This document shows positions 1-13,366 of a stretch of DNA of 64,000 nucleotides, piece by piece (position 1 is the stretch's first letter; every line of letters starts with the position of its first letter). The DNA is taken from NCBI RefSeq assembly GCF_001194135.2, contig NC_068983.1:32639684-32703683 (forward strand), in the 5' to 3' direction. The DNA is from Octopus bimaculoides. Taxonomy: Eukaryota. A program made the position numbers and the translations under genes. The notes under the pieces were generated by a model that had not been told where the DNA came from, searched no databases, and was given only the letters and a program-made list of their open reading frames with translations.

Positions 1-880
1 TAGCAAACAAGTTGATGTCGACCAGAAACACATGCATCAATGGTTACGAAGCTCAGGGCTAAAAGCAGAGAGTGAATGTTTCATATTAGCTGCTTAAGAG
101 CAAAACTTATTAACCCATAACTACCAAGCCAATGTGATAAAAAATGGAGCTGACCCAAAATGCCGATTCTGTAACGATGCGATTGAAACTATAGACCACC
201 TAATCTCAGGGTGTAGAGTCTTAGCACCTGTAGAATATAAAGCAAGACATGACAGAGTTGGCCAGTATTTACACTGGACAATATGTCGGCATTATAAAAT
301 CAAAACCGCTGACAAATGGTATAAACACCATCCTGAAGCTGTGACTGAGGGAGAAAATGTATCGATTCTCTGGGACTTCCCCGTACATACCGATAAGGCT
401 GTAAAAGCTAATAAATCGGATATTATTATAAAAGATCAGACAAAGAAGATGTGTTTATTAATTGACATGAGTATTCCTTGCGATCACGATATAGCGGCGA
501 AAGAATTTGACAAGATCAGTAAATATAAAAATTTGCTAATAGAAATTGAAAAAAATGTGACATCTCAAGGCGACTTCCATACCAGTGATTGTAGGATCTT
601 TAGGAATGATAAAAAAGTACTGAAACCTATTTGAAAATGATACCAGGCCTACCATCCCTACAGGAAGTGCAATAAAATCGTGTTAACTGGAAGGACTCAT
701 GTACTGAGAAGAGCATTATCGCTGTGAAAACAACATCCATTCATGAATTTATTTATTTATTAAATTTTTTTTACATACATATTTTACCTGTGAATTTGCG
801 TGTGTAAACTGGGAATGCATACAATGAGCTTCTCTGCCCTAGGTGTACGGAAAACACTCGGCGAGAAATGGAAGAAAATT
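1..880 (+). mobile_element. 3' end of R4/Dong-clade non-LTR retrotransposon (zinc knuckle + RLE endonuclease + 3' UTR), pseudogenised
   Basis: Frame from nt 2 reads WLRSSGLKAESECFILAA*EQ..CRFCNDAIETIDHLISGC..RHDRVGQYLHW..ILWDFPVHTD..DIIIKD..LIDMSIP..KISKYKNL. After a frameshift in the A-run near 550 it continues MWHLKATSIPVIVGSLG..HVLRRALSL* (stop 725-727). In-frame stop at 95-97. 3' UTR then (AAC)n/(AAT)n tail. Confidence 0.92.
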
Positions 881-884
881 TGAA

Positions 885-1038
<154 letters not shown>

Positions 1039-1224
1039 CTTTTCTACGATAGGCACAAGGCTTGAAATTTTTGTATGGAGGGGAATAGTCGATTACATCG
1101 ACCCTAGTGTATAACTGGTACTTATTTCATCAACCCCAACAGGATGAAAGGCAAAGTCGACCTCAGCAGAATTTGAACTCAGAACGTAGCGGCAAATGAA
1201 ATACTGCTAAGCATTTCGCTCGGC
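1039..1224 (-). mobile_element. tRNA-derived SINE family A, tail type 2
   Basis: Reverse complement contains the B-box-like GTTCAAAT, core GTCGACTTTGCCTTTCATCC..AAGTACCAG and tail CCTTGTGCCTA..GTAGAAAAG shared with more than 12 other copies in the window. Confidence 0.88.
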
Positions 1225-1609
1225 AGAGAAAAAAAAATAATGATGATGATGATGATGATGATGATGATTATATTTTTCTCGACAAACACCAATTGTATTT
1301 GTTTACGATTCCTTTTCAATAATAAAAATATTTCATTTCCATTCCGATTGGTGACGATTATTTTATGACATTGCTTTATTTGTTCCGCGTGATATCATAT
1401 ATCATATGCCTCCTATCGCATTTAGATACAAAAATGTTTAGAAGAAATCAATATCATATTTGAAGCAAAAACGAAACAAATATCGATTAACATTTCTGTA
1501 TATTAGGATGAAATTATTATACATGAATAAATAAATACATAAATACATACACACACATACACACTTATGTCTCTCTGTGTGTGTGTATGTATGTGTATGC
1601 GTGTGTGTA

Positions 1610-1676
<67 letters not shown>

Positions 1677-2586
1677 GCATATATATTTCTGTCACNNNNN
1701 NNNNNNNNNNNNNNNNNNNNNNNNNNNNNNNNNNNNNNNNNNNNNNNNNNNNNNNNNNNNNNNNNNNNNNNNNNNNNNNNNNNNNNNNNNNNNNNNNNNN
1801 NNNNNNNNNNNNNNNNNNNNNNNNNNNNNNNNNNNNNNNNNNNNNNNNNNNNNNNNNNNNNNNNNNNNNNNNNNNNNNNNNNNNNNNNNNNNNNNNNNNN
1901 NNNNNNNNNNNNNNNNNNNNNNNNNNNNNNNNNNNNNNNNNNNNNNNNNNNNNNNNNNNNNNNNNNNNNNNNNNNNNNNNNNNNNNNNNNNNNNNNNNNN
2001 NNNNNNNNNNNNNNNNNNNNNNNNNNNNNNNNNNNNNNNNNNNNNNNNNNNNNNNNNNNNNNNNNNNNNNNNNNNNNNNNNNNNNNNNNNNNNNNNNNNN
2101 NNNNNNNNNNNNNNNNNNNNNNNNNNNNNNNNNNNNNNNNNNNNNNNNNNNNNNNNNNNNNNNNNNNNNNNNNNNNNNNNNNNNNNNNNNNNNNNNNNNN
2201 NNNNNNNNNNNNNNNNNNNNNNNNNNNNNNNNNNNNNNNNNNNNNNNNNNNNNNNNNNNNNNNNNNNNNNNNNNNNNNNNNNNNNNNNNNNNNNNNNNNN
2301 NNNNNNNNNNNNNNNNNNNNNNNNNNNNNNNNNNNNNNNNNNNNNNNNNNNNNNNNNNNNNNNNNNNNNNNNNNNNNNNNNNNNNNNNNNNNNNNNNNNN
2401 NNNNNNNNNNNNNNNNNNNNNNNNNNNNNNNNNNNNNNNNNNNNNNNNNNNNNNNNNNNNNNNNNNNNNNNNNCCTCAGGAATGGTTTACATCAGAATAA
2501 ATTACGAAAAAAACGCACAAATAACGATCATAATAAGGTCCGCCATATTTAGTTCATGTTATAGGTTATGTAAGTCCCAATATAGG

Positions 2587-2707
<121 letters not shown>

Positions 2708-3021
2708 TTGTTGTTCGGAGCTCAGATATTACTGAATATATCTTTCATGCATACATTAAATCTTTATTATTAGGATTATGTCTATGGTGGTGCACTGGGT
2801 GAATTGTTAGTGTGTTAAACAAAACGCTTTGGAGTTCTTTTCGGCGTTTTAAACTCAGAGTTGGAATTCCAACGAGATTAACTCTGTCTTTTATCCTTTC
2901 GTGGTCGATATAGATACTAGTTGAGTACTATGGTCAATATAATCGACTAAATCCTACCCGCTATATTTACTGGTCATGTGTCAAAATTTTAGATCATAAT
3001 TATTATCAAGACTAAGGTGAA

Positions 3022-3210
3022 TGTGGTGAGCTGGTAGAATCATTACCATACCGGACAAAATGCTTAACGGTGTTTATTCTGGCTCTTTACTTTCTAAGTT
3101 CAAATGTCGCCGAAGTCGACATTCCCTTCATCATTTCGGAATTTGAGCACCGCAGTCAATGTAATCGCCTTCTTCCTCCTCTAAAAACTGATGGCCTTGT
3201 GCCAAAATTG
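3022..3210 (+). mobile_element. SINE family A, degenerate and internally deleted
   Basis: GGTGAGCTGGTAGAATC..AAATGCTTA..GTTCAAAT..GAAGTCGAC..GGCCTTGTGCCAAAATT. Confidence 0.75.
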
Positions 3211-4061
3211 GTTGTGCTTTGGCAATTATAAATATTGATTTGTCAGTATTTCTTCATTGATGATTACAATGAGATATTGAAAAAGTTCCAGTGACAAATG
3301 CACAAAATCAAATCTGCATACAACCATAAATGTAGTCGCCGTTTGTCATCTACTGAAATAAGATGTCTTTGCAGTTGAGTATATCTACGCCGAAATATTA
3401 CCCAATTATTTCTAAAAAAAAGTAAATAAATAAAATAAACCTCATAGCTCCTAATAACTGCCTCAAATGCAGCTGGCACCTTAAGGATGATAAAATTAAC
3501 AATTATAAAACAGGTTGGAATTTCCATACTTTAATTACTCTAGATGGTCTGGAATCTTTCTCACGCTCTCTAGAAGTCTACATTCTATTCCAGAGATTTA
3601 CAGTTTTGAACAAAAAGTCAGAATTTTGCTTTTGAAGACAGTCGTATCGAAATATATTGCAAACTTTCCAAATGCTGATTGACTAGAATCGATTACATCC
3701 GATACAATACATTTTCTATGTCCAGAAAGATCGTAACATGCAAAAATCTTTCAGTTATTCATCAACACTAAAACTACTTTAAAAGCCACCTTCTTGCGTT
3801 TGTGATACTTAATTCATAAATATACTGCATGCACAAAGTGTTTTTGCCAGTGAGAACATTAATATTCCATGTGTATAGCAATTGATTAGACGAATGTTTT
3901 TGTGCTTGGTTATCACAATATCAGTGGCTAGAAATACTTTCCGTCTAGGTACGAATATTTTTGACTACATATATTGTTCGCTGCTTTTTAACTTCAACCA
4001 TGTGACTAATCCATTTGGAGAAGAAAGTTCAGCGTAAGATTCACGAAGTTTCAGATTCTTA

Positions 4062-4121
<60 letters not shown>

Positions 4122-4413
4122 NNNNNNNNNNNNNNNNNNNNNNNNNNNNNNNNNNNNNNNNNNNNNNNNNNNNNNNNNNNNNNNNNNNNNNNNNNNNNNN
4201 NNNNNNNNNNNNNNNNNNNNNNNNNNNNNNNNNNNNNNNNNNNNNNNNNNNNNNNNNNNNNNNNNNNNNNNNNNNNNNNNNNNNNNNNNNNNNNNNNNNN
4301 NNNNNNNNNNNNNNNNNNNNNNNNNNNNNNNNNNNNNNNNNNNNNNNNNNNNNNNNNNNNNNNNNNNNNNNNNNNNNNNNNNNNNNNNNNNNNNNNNNNN
4401 NNNNNNNNNNNNN

Positions 4414-4446
<33 letters not shown>

Positions 4447-5604
4447 ATATATAAAGAAATGTATACATATATTCATTTACTCAGTTCATTGAAGCTACAC
4501 GTGTGCCGTTGGCGTTTTCCTTTCTTTCCTTGGACTTTTCTCTTTCACCTTTCCAACGAAGAGCTATGCTTGAAACGTCAAATTCTCTCTTTTCACCGAG
4601 CGTCAAGCTAATACATTTCCTGTGAATGTACTCCTGTTCGTTTTTATTCGTTTTCCCGCATAAATGGACAAAACTGAAAAAAAACACAAAAAAAAAAACG
4701 GTGGCTTACATGGGTTTTTCTCTAATTCGTTGTACGTACGTAATTTTTTGTATGTAGGGTTTACCATAAATTGAAAATCTATATTGTCGTATATTGGCGT
4801 CAGAGAATATTTTTTAGTGGTTTTCCCATTTTTTGATTTATTATTTGCTTATATTTTGTAATTATGTACTATCATTTGGTTAGAGAATATAAAAGTGAAA
4901 AGATTTTGTCTATTTATTTATTTCGACTGTCCACCTGCGACGGTTATTAAATTGACTAGGAACAGTGTACGCGATAAATATCCAATACCAAACAATCTTA
5001 GTCTCCATATCTAAATTGAAATAAACTATGGCAAGCTTATCTTTACCTGTTCTGAGTTACTTGAAAGGTGATTTTTTCCTTCACTCTCTTCAATTCGTTG
5101 ATAATTTTGTTCACCTACCAATGCGTTGTTTCACTTTAAGGATGCTTATTTACCAATCCATTATGATATTTCGATCTTTTCATTGCGAACTGCTAAAGAT
5201 TCAAAGTAGTATTCATGAACTGAAGTTAAACTCTTCATGTTTTTATTTTTCGTTACATGAAGTCAATTTTAGAGTCGTCGTACACTGTAAACACGTAGCA
5301 AATACATTCCTTTAGTTCTGCTTTTTCAAGTAGGTATTATATTGCTATTTTTTAACATACCAAACACACTTCTCTTCGAAAAATAGCTCCCTTTACTGTT
5401 GAATAAAATAAACTCGCAGAGAGGAAGTTTCAACGTCTCCCTTCAATTTCCTTATACGATTTATGTGGCTGTTTCTCTTAAGAAATTTCGCTTTCATATA
5501 AAACAACTATATTTTGTACTCATTAGTCATGGTAATTCTTTCGGTAGCTGATAAAAAAGTGGAAATTTATCCCGCGCCAGACACCAACTTGGTATTTCAG
5601 TTCC

Positions 5605-5745
5605 GCTACTGGTTTTTGTTATTAGATTTCCTTCTCCTAAGCAGGCTGCCTTCACCTCAGCTCAGGGAGTCCTGCTTATCCCATTCCAGCTATGCAGGCA
5701 TAGACGTTACGCCATGTGGGGTGTACCCTGACATACTCCAATCAC
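5605..5745 (-). mobile_element. Probable RTE-type LINE 5' UTR fragment
   Basis: Minus strand GAAGGCAGCCTGCTTAGGAGAAGGAAA resembles RTE 5'-UTR motifs as I recall them; no coding support. Confidence 0.35.
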
Positions 5746-5999
5746 AGATAGAAAGATGAAGATAAAATAGAGATAAGAGAATAAAATAAATTCGGGGATG
5801 TAGAAGTACATGTAGAAGTATATAAAAAAATTTATACAATATATAAAACACGACACTCACAAAAACACGCATACAAAAAACACACACGATACGCACACAC
5901 GCACACACGCACACACACACACACACGCACACACGCACACACGCACACACACAAACTTTCACACACGTGTCACAATCAAATATTGTTGAATTGGCCGTT

Positions 6000-6320
6000 G
6001 ACTACACAGTAGTTCTTCCGCCTTTTGACGGGCCTTATGTTTCGTCCCGCAGTGTGTCTAACGTCACCCTCCTCACCAAGCAAGCTTGATAGGGTTGCCA
6101 GTTTAGTTGCCGACGACCCGACCACGTGACAGGTTGTACTGGGTTACATGTTACCAGTAGCGCTAAAGACTATGTTTTACGCATTTCCCTAGACAATATG
6201 GAAGAAAATGGACTCCTTTTGAAACCCCGCCAGAGCAGTCGACATCATGCACAATATTTAACTGACGATCTTGCCTTGATATCCCATTGCATTAAAGATG
6301 AAGAATCTTTGTTTTCCTGT
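6000..6320 (+). mobile_element. RTE-clade LINE relic: putative 5' UTR joined to an RT domain 4-5 fragment
   Basis: DYVLRISLD..GLLLKPRQSSRHHAQYLTD/DLALIS matches the RTE RT signature DYVLR..RRSxRxP..LTDLDFADDLAL with the LDFAD residues deleted. The upstream GC-richer segment is 5'-UTR-like. Confidence 0.65.
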
Positions 6321-7360
6321 GTGCTAATGCATACAAAGATTAAGGTAGGAAAGATGGATCCTATAATCTTTCTACTACCAAAAGCAATAAACAAACGTCT
6401 AGAGCAACACAAATAAGACACACACAGCTCAATCTACAACTAATGGAAAATCTTAACAGTAGCTAATATACCCATGTAATTGCTTATTGATTCTTTTATG
6501 GTTAGCTTTTGTTAAATATGAACTCAGTCAATGACTTGTTCTCTGTAGCCAGATTATGTTTTTAGGACAAATGAAATTAATATGCATATAGATATATACA
6601 TGCATGCATGCATACATACATGCATACATACATACATACATACATACATACATTTATGCATTCATACACACATATACACACACGACCACGTATACGAGCG
6701 ATTGTGCTTTCGTGTTTCTGTTGATTAGAGTGCAACTGACATGTATGTGTATTAATGTATGTACATAGATACATGTATGTGTCCATATGCTTTATTTGAA
6801 AGCATATGGACACATAAATATAACATTAACAATCACCAGAAAACATAATAGTAACTATATATGTATATATGTCAGTGAACATGTCGCGGTTTCAAAGCGA
6901 CGAAAATATTTTGACACAAATAAAATTTTAATGTTTAGGTGAAACTAACGGTTTTTTCGTGATCTTGAATGGCCTACAAACATCTTCCATGCTGCAATTA
7001 TTTTTGTTTCAGCACACGATCCCAGATCAAGTCACTTGATATGCAAGTACATCTTCGTAATATATATAGTATATAAAGATGAATATGGTCACAGACGTAA
7101 GTGCAGAGAATGACAGCACCAGTAGAGCGACAGAGAAAAGACATTTCAGAATTTAGTTACATCCTTTAATAATTTCACCGAGATCGATCTTATTTTCATT
7201 CTTTAATGGTTCATAAAGTAATTATCAATTATCCACCAGACTCGTTTGTATCGGCCACACAAATTTGTCAATGCTTCCTTGAAATTTTGATGGTTATACT
7301 TGGGTTCAAAACATCGACACAAGATCTCACACATAGGCTAGAAAAACAGTTGATAACATT

Positions 7361-7527
7361 GGTTTCAAATTTTAGCACGAGGCCAGACACTTAGAGGAAG
7401 GGGCTAAATCGATTATATTAACCCAGTGCTCAACTGGCACTTGCTTTATCCTACCAGAAAGAATGAAATGCAAAGTCAACTTCGGCATAAATTGAACACG
7501 GAACGTAAAAACGGACGAAATGCCACT
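7361..7527 (-). mobile_element. SINE family A, tail type 1
   Basis: GGTTTCAAATTT..CTCAACTGGCAC..GAAATGCAAAGTCAAC..GACGAAATGCC. Confidence 0.75.
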
Positions 7528-9335
7528 ACTCTGGCTGGGCATTCTCCATCGCATCGACGCGAGTTTTTATATAATAATAATGATAATAATAATGATAATA
7601 ATATATATATATANNNNNNNNNNNNNNNNNNNNNNNNNNNNNNNNNNNNNNNNNNNNNNNNNNNNNNNNNNNNNNNNNNNNNNNNNNNNNNNNNNNNNNN
7701 NNNNNNNNNNNNNNNNNNNNNNNNNNNNNNNNNNNNNNNNNNNNNNNNNNNNNNNNNNNNNNNNNNNNNNNNNNNNNNNNNNNNNNNNNNNNNNNNNNNN
7801 NNNNNNNNNNNNNNNNNNNNNNNNNNNNNNNNNNNNNNNNNNNNNNNNNNNNNNNNNNNNNNNNNNNNNNNNNNNNNNNNNNNNNNNNNNNNNNNNNNNN
7901 NNNNNNNNNNNNNNNNNNNNNNNNNNNNNNNNNNNNNNNNNNNNNNNNNNNNNNNNNNNNNNNNNNNNNNNNNNNNNNNNNNNNNNNNNNNNNNNNNNNN
8001 NNNNNNNNNNNNNNNNNNNNNNNNNNNNNNNNNNNNNNNNNNNNNNNNNNNNNNNNNNNNNNNNNNNNNNNNNNNNNNNNNNNNNNNNNNNNNNNNNNNN
8101 NNNNNNNNNNNNNNNNNNNNNNNNNNNNNNNNNNNNNNNNNNNNNNNNNNNNNNNNNNNNNNNNNNNNNNNNNNNNNNNNNNNNNNNNNNNNNNNNNNNN
8201 NNNNNNNNNNNNNNNNNNNNNNNNNNNNNNNNNNNNNNNNNNNNNNNNNNNNNNNNNNNNNNNNNNNNNNNNNNNNNNNNNNNNNNNNNNNNNNNNNNNN
8301 NNNNNNNNNNNNNNNNNNNNNNNNNNNNNNNNNNNNNNNNNNNNNNNNNNNNNNNNNNNNNNNNNNNNNNNNNNNNNNNNNNNNNNNNNNNNNNNNNNNN
8401 NNNNNNNNNNNNNNNNNNNNNNNNNNNNNNNNNNNNNNNNNNNNNNNNNNNNNNNNNNNNNNNNNNNNNNNNNNNNNNNNNAATACAAATGATATATAAG
8501 CACATGCATGTATACATAAGAATACGCAAACCACAAAATAGTGACTAAAAGAAACTGAACCAGAACAGCATGTGTTAAAAAGAAAAGAATAAAATTAAGT
8601 ATGAAAAAGATTGAAGAATAGAAAAGTTCTACAGATAGAAACTTTTGGATATGACAATAATCTGAAGGTGAAAATATTTGCAGAAATAAAGACTCAACAA
8701 ATGTCTCTATGCCACAACAAAATGTTTTAAGGATAAAATGACATCAGCTATAAGAAGCCCAAATCTTGCCATTGTAGACTTAACGTGAACCGATTCAAAC
8801 AATGATATTTCCAGGATAAACCAAATAATATATGCAACAACCATGGTACTTATGAAGCAGAGTGCATATTCCTTCGGATCTACTTATATAGCAATATCGA
8901 GCTCCAACTTAGGTGGAACATGTACAACAGAAAAAATGTAGGAAATTAAAGAAAAGCTTATCCTTAATAAGTTCAAAAACAAAAATACACATAAGCAAAA
9001 AAAAAAAAAAAAAANNNNNNNNNNAAAAAAAAAAAAAAAAAAAAAAAAAGGAAAGGAAGAAAATAATTAGAGACAACTTCTATAGGGATATAACATTATA
9101 AAAAAATGATGTTGCCAAAGTGAAAATTATCTTTTCAAAAGAGAAATCCATGCTAAGTCTTAAAAGACCAGTATGAAAAGCAACAATGGTTCTTTGAACA
9201 GGAACAATATTCTAATGTAGCTCAAAATGAATCTTACCAAAACTTAGGTAAAGATAAGATAGAAATCAATGCAGCATCAACAGCAAGAGAAAAGAGTTCT
9301 TAAGGAGTTGGCGTTTGGAGAGCGAAGGAAATGCC

Positions 9336-9391
9336 ATAAGTGGGAATATTCAAACAAGTACAGATAAGTGGGAATATTCAAATAAGTACAG
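9336..9391. repeat. 28-bp tandem duplication
   Basis: ATAAGTGGGAATATTCAAA(C/T)AAGTACAG twice, one mismatch. Confidence 0.9.
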
Positions 9392-10437
9392 ATAAAAACA
9401 ATCATCGAATGCCATGTGAAAACGAGTAGGAAGAGAAGTGGTTGAGATGCTACAAAAATGAAAAACTGAAAAGTTTTAGGCTGCTAAATTTCTAATATTA
9501 CAGTGGCAACAGTAGTAATACACGTCTTTTAAATGGAAAAGTTGTTCTCCGAAGACGAAATCCAACAGTGAAAAGCATGTTCACTTCCAAATCTATCGGA
9601 ACATGTTAAGAATGAATATCGCATCATAGTTTCGACTCTTGCTAATTTGCAAACTGATGATAATCTTATATGAGTGGGTAGCTGATCGAACAACTGTCCG
9701 CATACATGTCGGAAATGACGTAAGACCATCACACACACAAACATAATAAGTGGAAATTATGCCATAAGTATGAAATACATACGAAAAAAAGGTGGTTCTG
9801 ACATATCGAGAAATGGTGTCAGATAACGATGACGGGTCTATTTTGTAGGGCATGCCAATTCATACAGACATGGACATTAAGAAATAACGGGCAAATACTA
9901 TTGTCAAAAAGCACCAAGTAAATGTATCTCCAAATGGATTTATCTCTTTCAACAGTTAACAACATATTTTTTAAAGAAGCAGTGAAACAATTGAAATATA
10001 TTTTGGAATTGTATTAGTTTGGCAAATGGATTAAAATAACACACTGTGTTGAAATTGAAGCAGTTACATCTCGATAATGGCACAAACGCATTGAAATCTT
10101 AATATCGAATCATAAAGATATGTAAATAAGGATAACCAGAGGTGCAGATTGTAAAATGAACCACTCCTTATAAATATAGGTGCTGTAGAAATGATTAACA
10201 AGGTATACAGAAATACATAACCTAAGTTCAAAAAGTTACACGTACGCAACATGCAGTTCTACAAAGCATTGCTTACACATATGCAACATATGTTGAATAC
10301 AATGAAGATATGTAAAAACAAGGCAAAACTGCATATACCAAAGGCATTCTGAGAACTTGGTTGTATAACGAAAACACAACAAAAATAATACTACAAAAAC
10401 AATAATAATAAAAAGTAATATTAATTATAACTGTAGA

Positions 10438-10646
10438 GTGGCGACCTGGCAGAATCGTTAGCAGGCCGGGAAAAATGCTTAGCGACATTTCATCCGTCTT
10501 TACGTTCTGAATTCAAAATTCATCGAGGTCGATTTTGCCTTTCGTCCTTTCGAGGTCGACAAAGTAAGCACCAGTTTAGCACTGGGGTTGTTGTAATCGA
10601 CTTACCCCCACCCCGAAATTGCTGGTATTGTGCGACAATTTGGAAC
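10438..10646 (+). mobile_element. SINE family A, near full length, tail type 1
   Basis: A-box-like GGCGACCTGGCAGAA, core GAGGTCGATTTTGCCTTTCGTCCTTTCGAGGTCGA, tail GAAATTGCTGG..TTGTGC. Confidence 0.88.
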
Positions 10647-10767
10647 TAATATTAATAATAAACAGTTATTTTAGTAATTATGAAGAAAATGTGGATAACA
10701 AAGATACTGGCACGTTGAATTTTCTTAATCACCTCATATTTGTTTCTTTATCTAAGTTTTATGTGTT

Positions 10768-10962
10768 GGTTTCAAATTTTGGTACAAATCCAGTAACTTC
10801 TGGGGCGGGAGTAAATCGATTACATCGACCCAGGTACTCAACTGGTACTTATTTAATCAACCTCGAAAGGATGAAAGGCAAAGTCAGCTCGGCGGAATTT
10901 GAATTCAGAACGGGATGACAGAAGAAATGTCGCAAAACATTTTACCCAATATGCTAAGGATG
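10768..10962 (-). mobile_element. SINE family A, tail type 1
   Basis: Same core in reverse: AACTGGTACTTATTT..GAAAGGATGAAAGGCAAAGTC. Confidence 0.88.
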
Positions 10963-11176
10963 CTTTTCTACTCTAGGCACAAGGCCCGAAATTTTGGGGG
11001 AGGGGGCAAGTCGATTAGATTGACCCCAGTACGCAACTGGTACTTAATTTATCGACCCCGAAAGGATGAAAGGCAAAGTCGACCTTGGCAGAATTTGAAC
11101 TAAGAACGTAAAGACAGACGAAATGCCACTAAACATTTCGACCAGCGTGCTAACGTTTTTGATAGCACGCCGCCTT
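10963..11176 (-). mobile_element. SINE family A, full length, tail type 2
   Basis: CTTTTCTACTCTAGGCACAAGGCCCG..GAAAGGATGAAAGGCAAAGTCGACC..CGCCGCCTT; directly tandem to the previous copy. Confidence 0.92.
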
Positions 11177-12704
11177 ATCTAAGTCTTATATATTGATATG
11201 GGCATGCATCAAATCCTTAGGAACTCGAGCGTAAAAACTAAAATTTTGTTTTGCTATATTTGATGTTTGTATCGTAGGCTCGTATTAAACCGTTTACATT
11301 GATATGATTTCCCAGAGATGTGGTGTTTATGAGTTATGAAGTAGGAAAAGAAAAAGTGGAATATTACAAAATACCCGGTAACTATTTCTGTAGGTGATCA
11401 GAGACTCCAATGAATATTTATATCTTCTAAAAAAAAAAAAACACCTGTATCTTGTAATATATACATGCTTACATAAATACATACACATACATCCATGCAA
11501 ACACACAGACACTAACAGACAGACACATGCATGCACGCACACACACACATGCACGCATACATACTGATATGCATGTGTGAAATTAAAAAAAAAATTCTTC
11601 GTGAAACATTAAAATTCTGATGTCATGTAATTTAGAAACAAAAATTACCCAAAGAGACTTTCCTTGCTGTTAGGGCCAAATTCTACCAATTCTGAAATTG
11701 AAGCGTTTGCAGAAAATGCAACAAGAATAGGATATCGCTATTGGATCGGAAATCAATATAGAAACATAAATGCCAAGATATTTCTGTGTGAAATATATTC
11801 ATCAGAAGTAAAATAATAGTTATGCAAAAGTATACATGAAAACAAGCTAAATATTAAGTATAAAACAGAATCTATAAAAAAATATTGCCATTCCTATGGT
11901 TTCACATGGCTAAATATAATAAATTAAATATTGGAGATTTGTAGAGGAAGCATTCACAGATAAATGCGTACATACCGTTCAATACAATACAGGTGCTATT
12001 TTAAAATCAATATAACTGAAAAATATTCTATAAAATATGAATTTTATACAGGTACTACTTCATTGGAAAACAAGTAATTGTATAAGAGATACTACTACAT
12101 AATGATAGAGTTAACAAGCTATATTTTATAGAATAAGAACGAAGAAGATTTCTAAAGAATAAAGATATTGTAACAATATGCGTATCAGCAGAATCAAATT
12201 TGTAAAGTTGCGTTGAATTTTTCGGATAGAAAACTTAGACGGAACATTAAAGTTTACAGATAGTAGAAAATGCACGGAACAAACTACGTTACACATTAGC
12301 AAAAGCAACAGAAAAATAGAAAGGCAAAAATGAAAGTTCTTACAATAGACATAAAAAACAAAGAATAGGTACAAGTGATTTCGACATGAAAGAAGAAAAC
12401 ATTAAAGTTAACAAAAAATTAATTACAAAAGCATTAGTGAATAATATAGTGAGATCTGGAGAAACGATAAATACTTAATAGGTGAGAACAGGTGTCAAGT
12501 AAACAATATTGCCTGTAATTACGCTACTGAACAGTACATAAAAGTGTTATTTATTTACCACCAGGTGAGCTAAACGACTTGCAGAACTCTGCTTCATATA
12601 ACATAGTATAACTGAGGCCTACAAAAGGCTTATCGGATTTTCAAGATGCGTTAGATTGAAAGTATAAAACGGCATCCATTGAAGGAAACGCCTGGTGTAC
12701 TTCT

Positions 12705-12806
12705 GGAAAGAAAATGAAGTGTCATACTTGAGGATACGGTTGAAAATGTAACTCACGATCTACAGATCATGACCACAACAACGCAACAACTAAGCCACGC
12801 ACCCTC
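12705..12806 (-). mobile_element. SINE family C head, degenerate
   Basis: Reverse complement GAGGGTGCGTGGCTTAGT..GTGAGTTAC..TCCTCAAGTATGACACTTCATTTTC parallels the copy at 39967-40302. Confidence 0.5.
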
Positions 12807-13091
12807 AACACGTGTAACACACTAAAAAAAAAGTAGTAAGATATTCATTCATCACATACAATTTCATTTGCAATGTTAACCTTTGTCTTATCATTCTCGA
12901 TGAGAATTTTTTTTATCTATCAAAACTTAATAAACATAACGTTATTAATATGATCTCTTACTTAACCCGATTTTCACACAAGTACACTCATGGTTTCCAT
13001 GTAACCTATGGTGGCGTTGCTATTTCCAACGTTTATTTACGTTTCTCTATTAGTAATTTTAATCGCATATCTATCTTGAAATAAACTTTAG

Positions 13092-13260
13092 GACGTGGAA
13101 TAAGTAGTGTTATTGGACGCTCAGGAAAGGAAAGAAAAGAAAGAGGATTTCACGTTTCGAGAGGAGCTCTTCATCAGAAATATAGAAAAAGTCCAAAGAC
13201 AGGAAGACGCAGAAAAAAAAATGGCCAACGATACACACGTGGTCACATATTGAAATGTAT
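13092..13260 (-). mobile_element. Penelope-LTR-like short repeat carrying a degenerate minimal hammerhead
   Basis: Minus strand ATTT-CTGATGA-A-GAG-CTCCT-CTC-GAAA-CG-TG-AAAT at 13147-13181; downstream CCTGAGCGTCCAATAA resembles CCCGAGCGTCATACTAA of the 50.5 kb copy. Confidence 0.65.
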
Positions 13261-13297
13261 GTATGTATGTATGTATGTATGTATGCAGGCATGTATG

Positions 13298-13366
13298 TAT
13301 AACCCAGGGTAACACTACCTTCTCGAGGCACTTGATGTAGGCCTCCGTGTTGAGTCTGAGGCCATT
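13298..13366 (-). mobile_element. Tc1/mariner transposase fragment (catalytic region)
   Basis: NGLRLNTEAYIKCLEKVVLPWV fits the ITm motif GxxxNxxxYxxxLxxxLLPW that precedes the second Asp. Confidence 0.7.
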
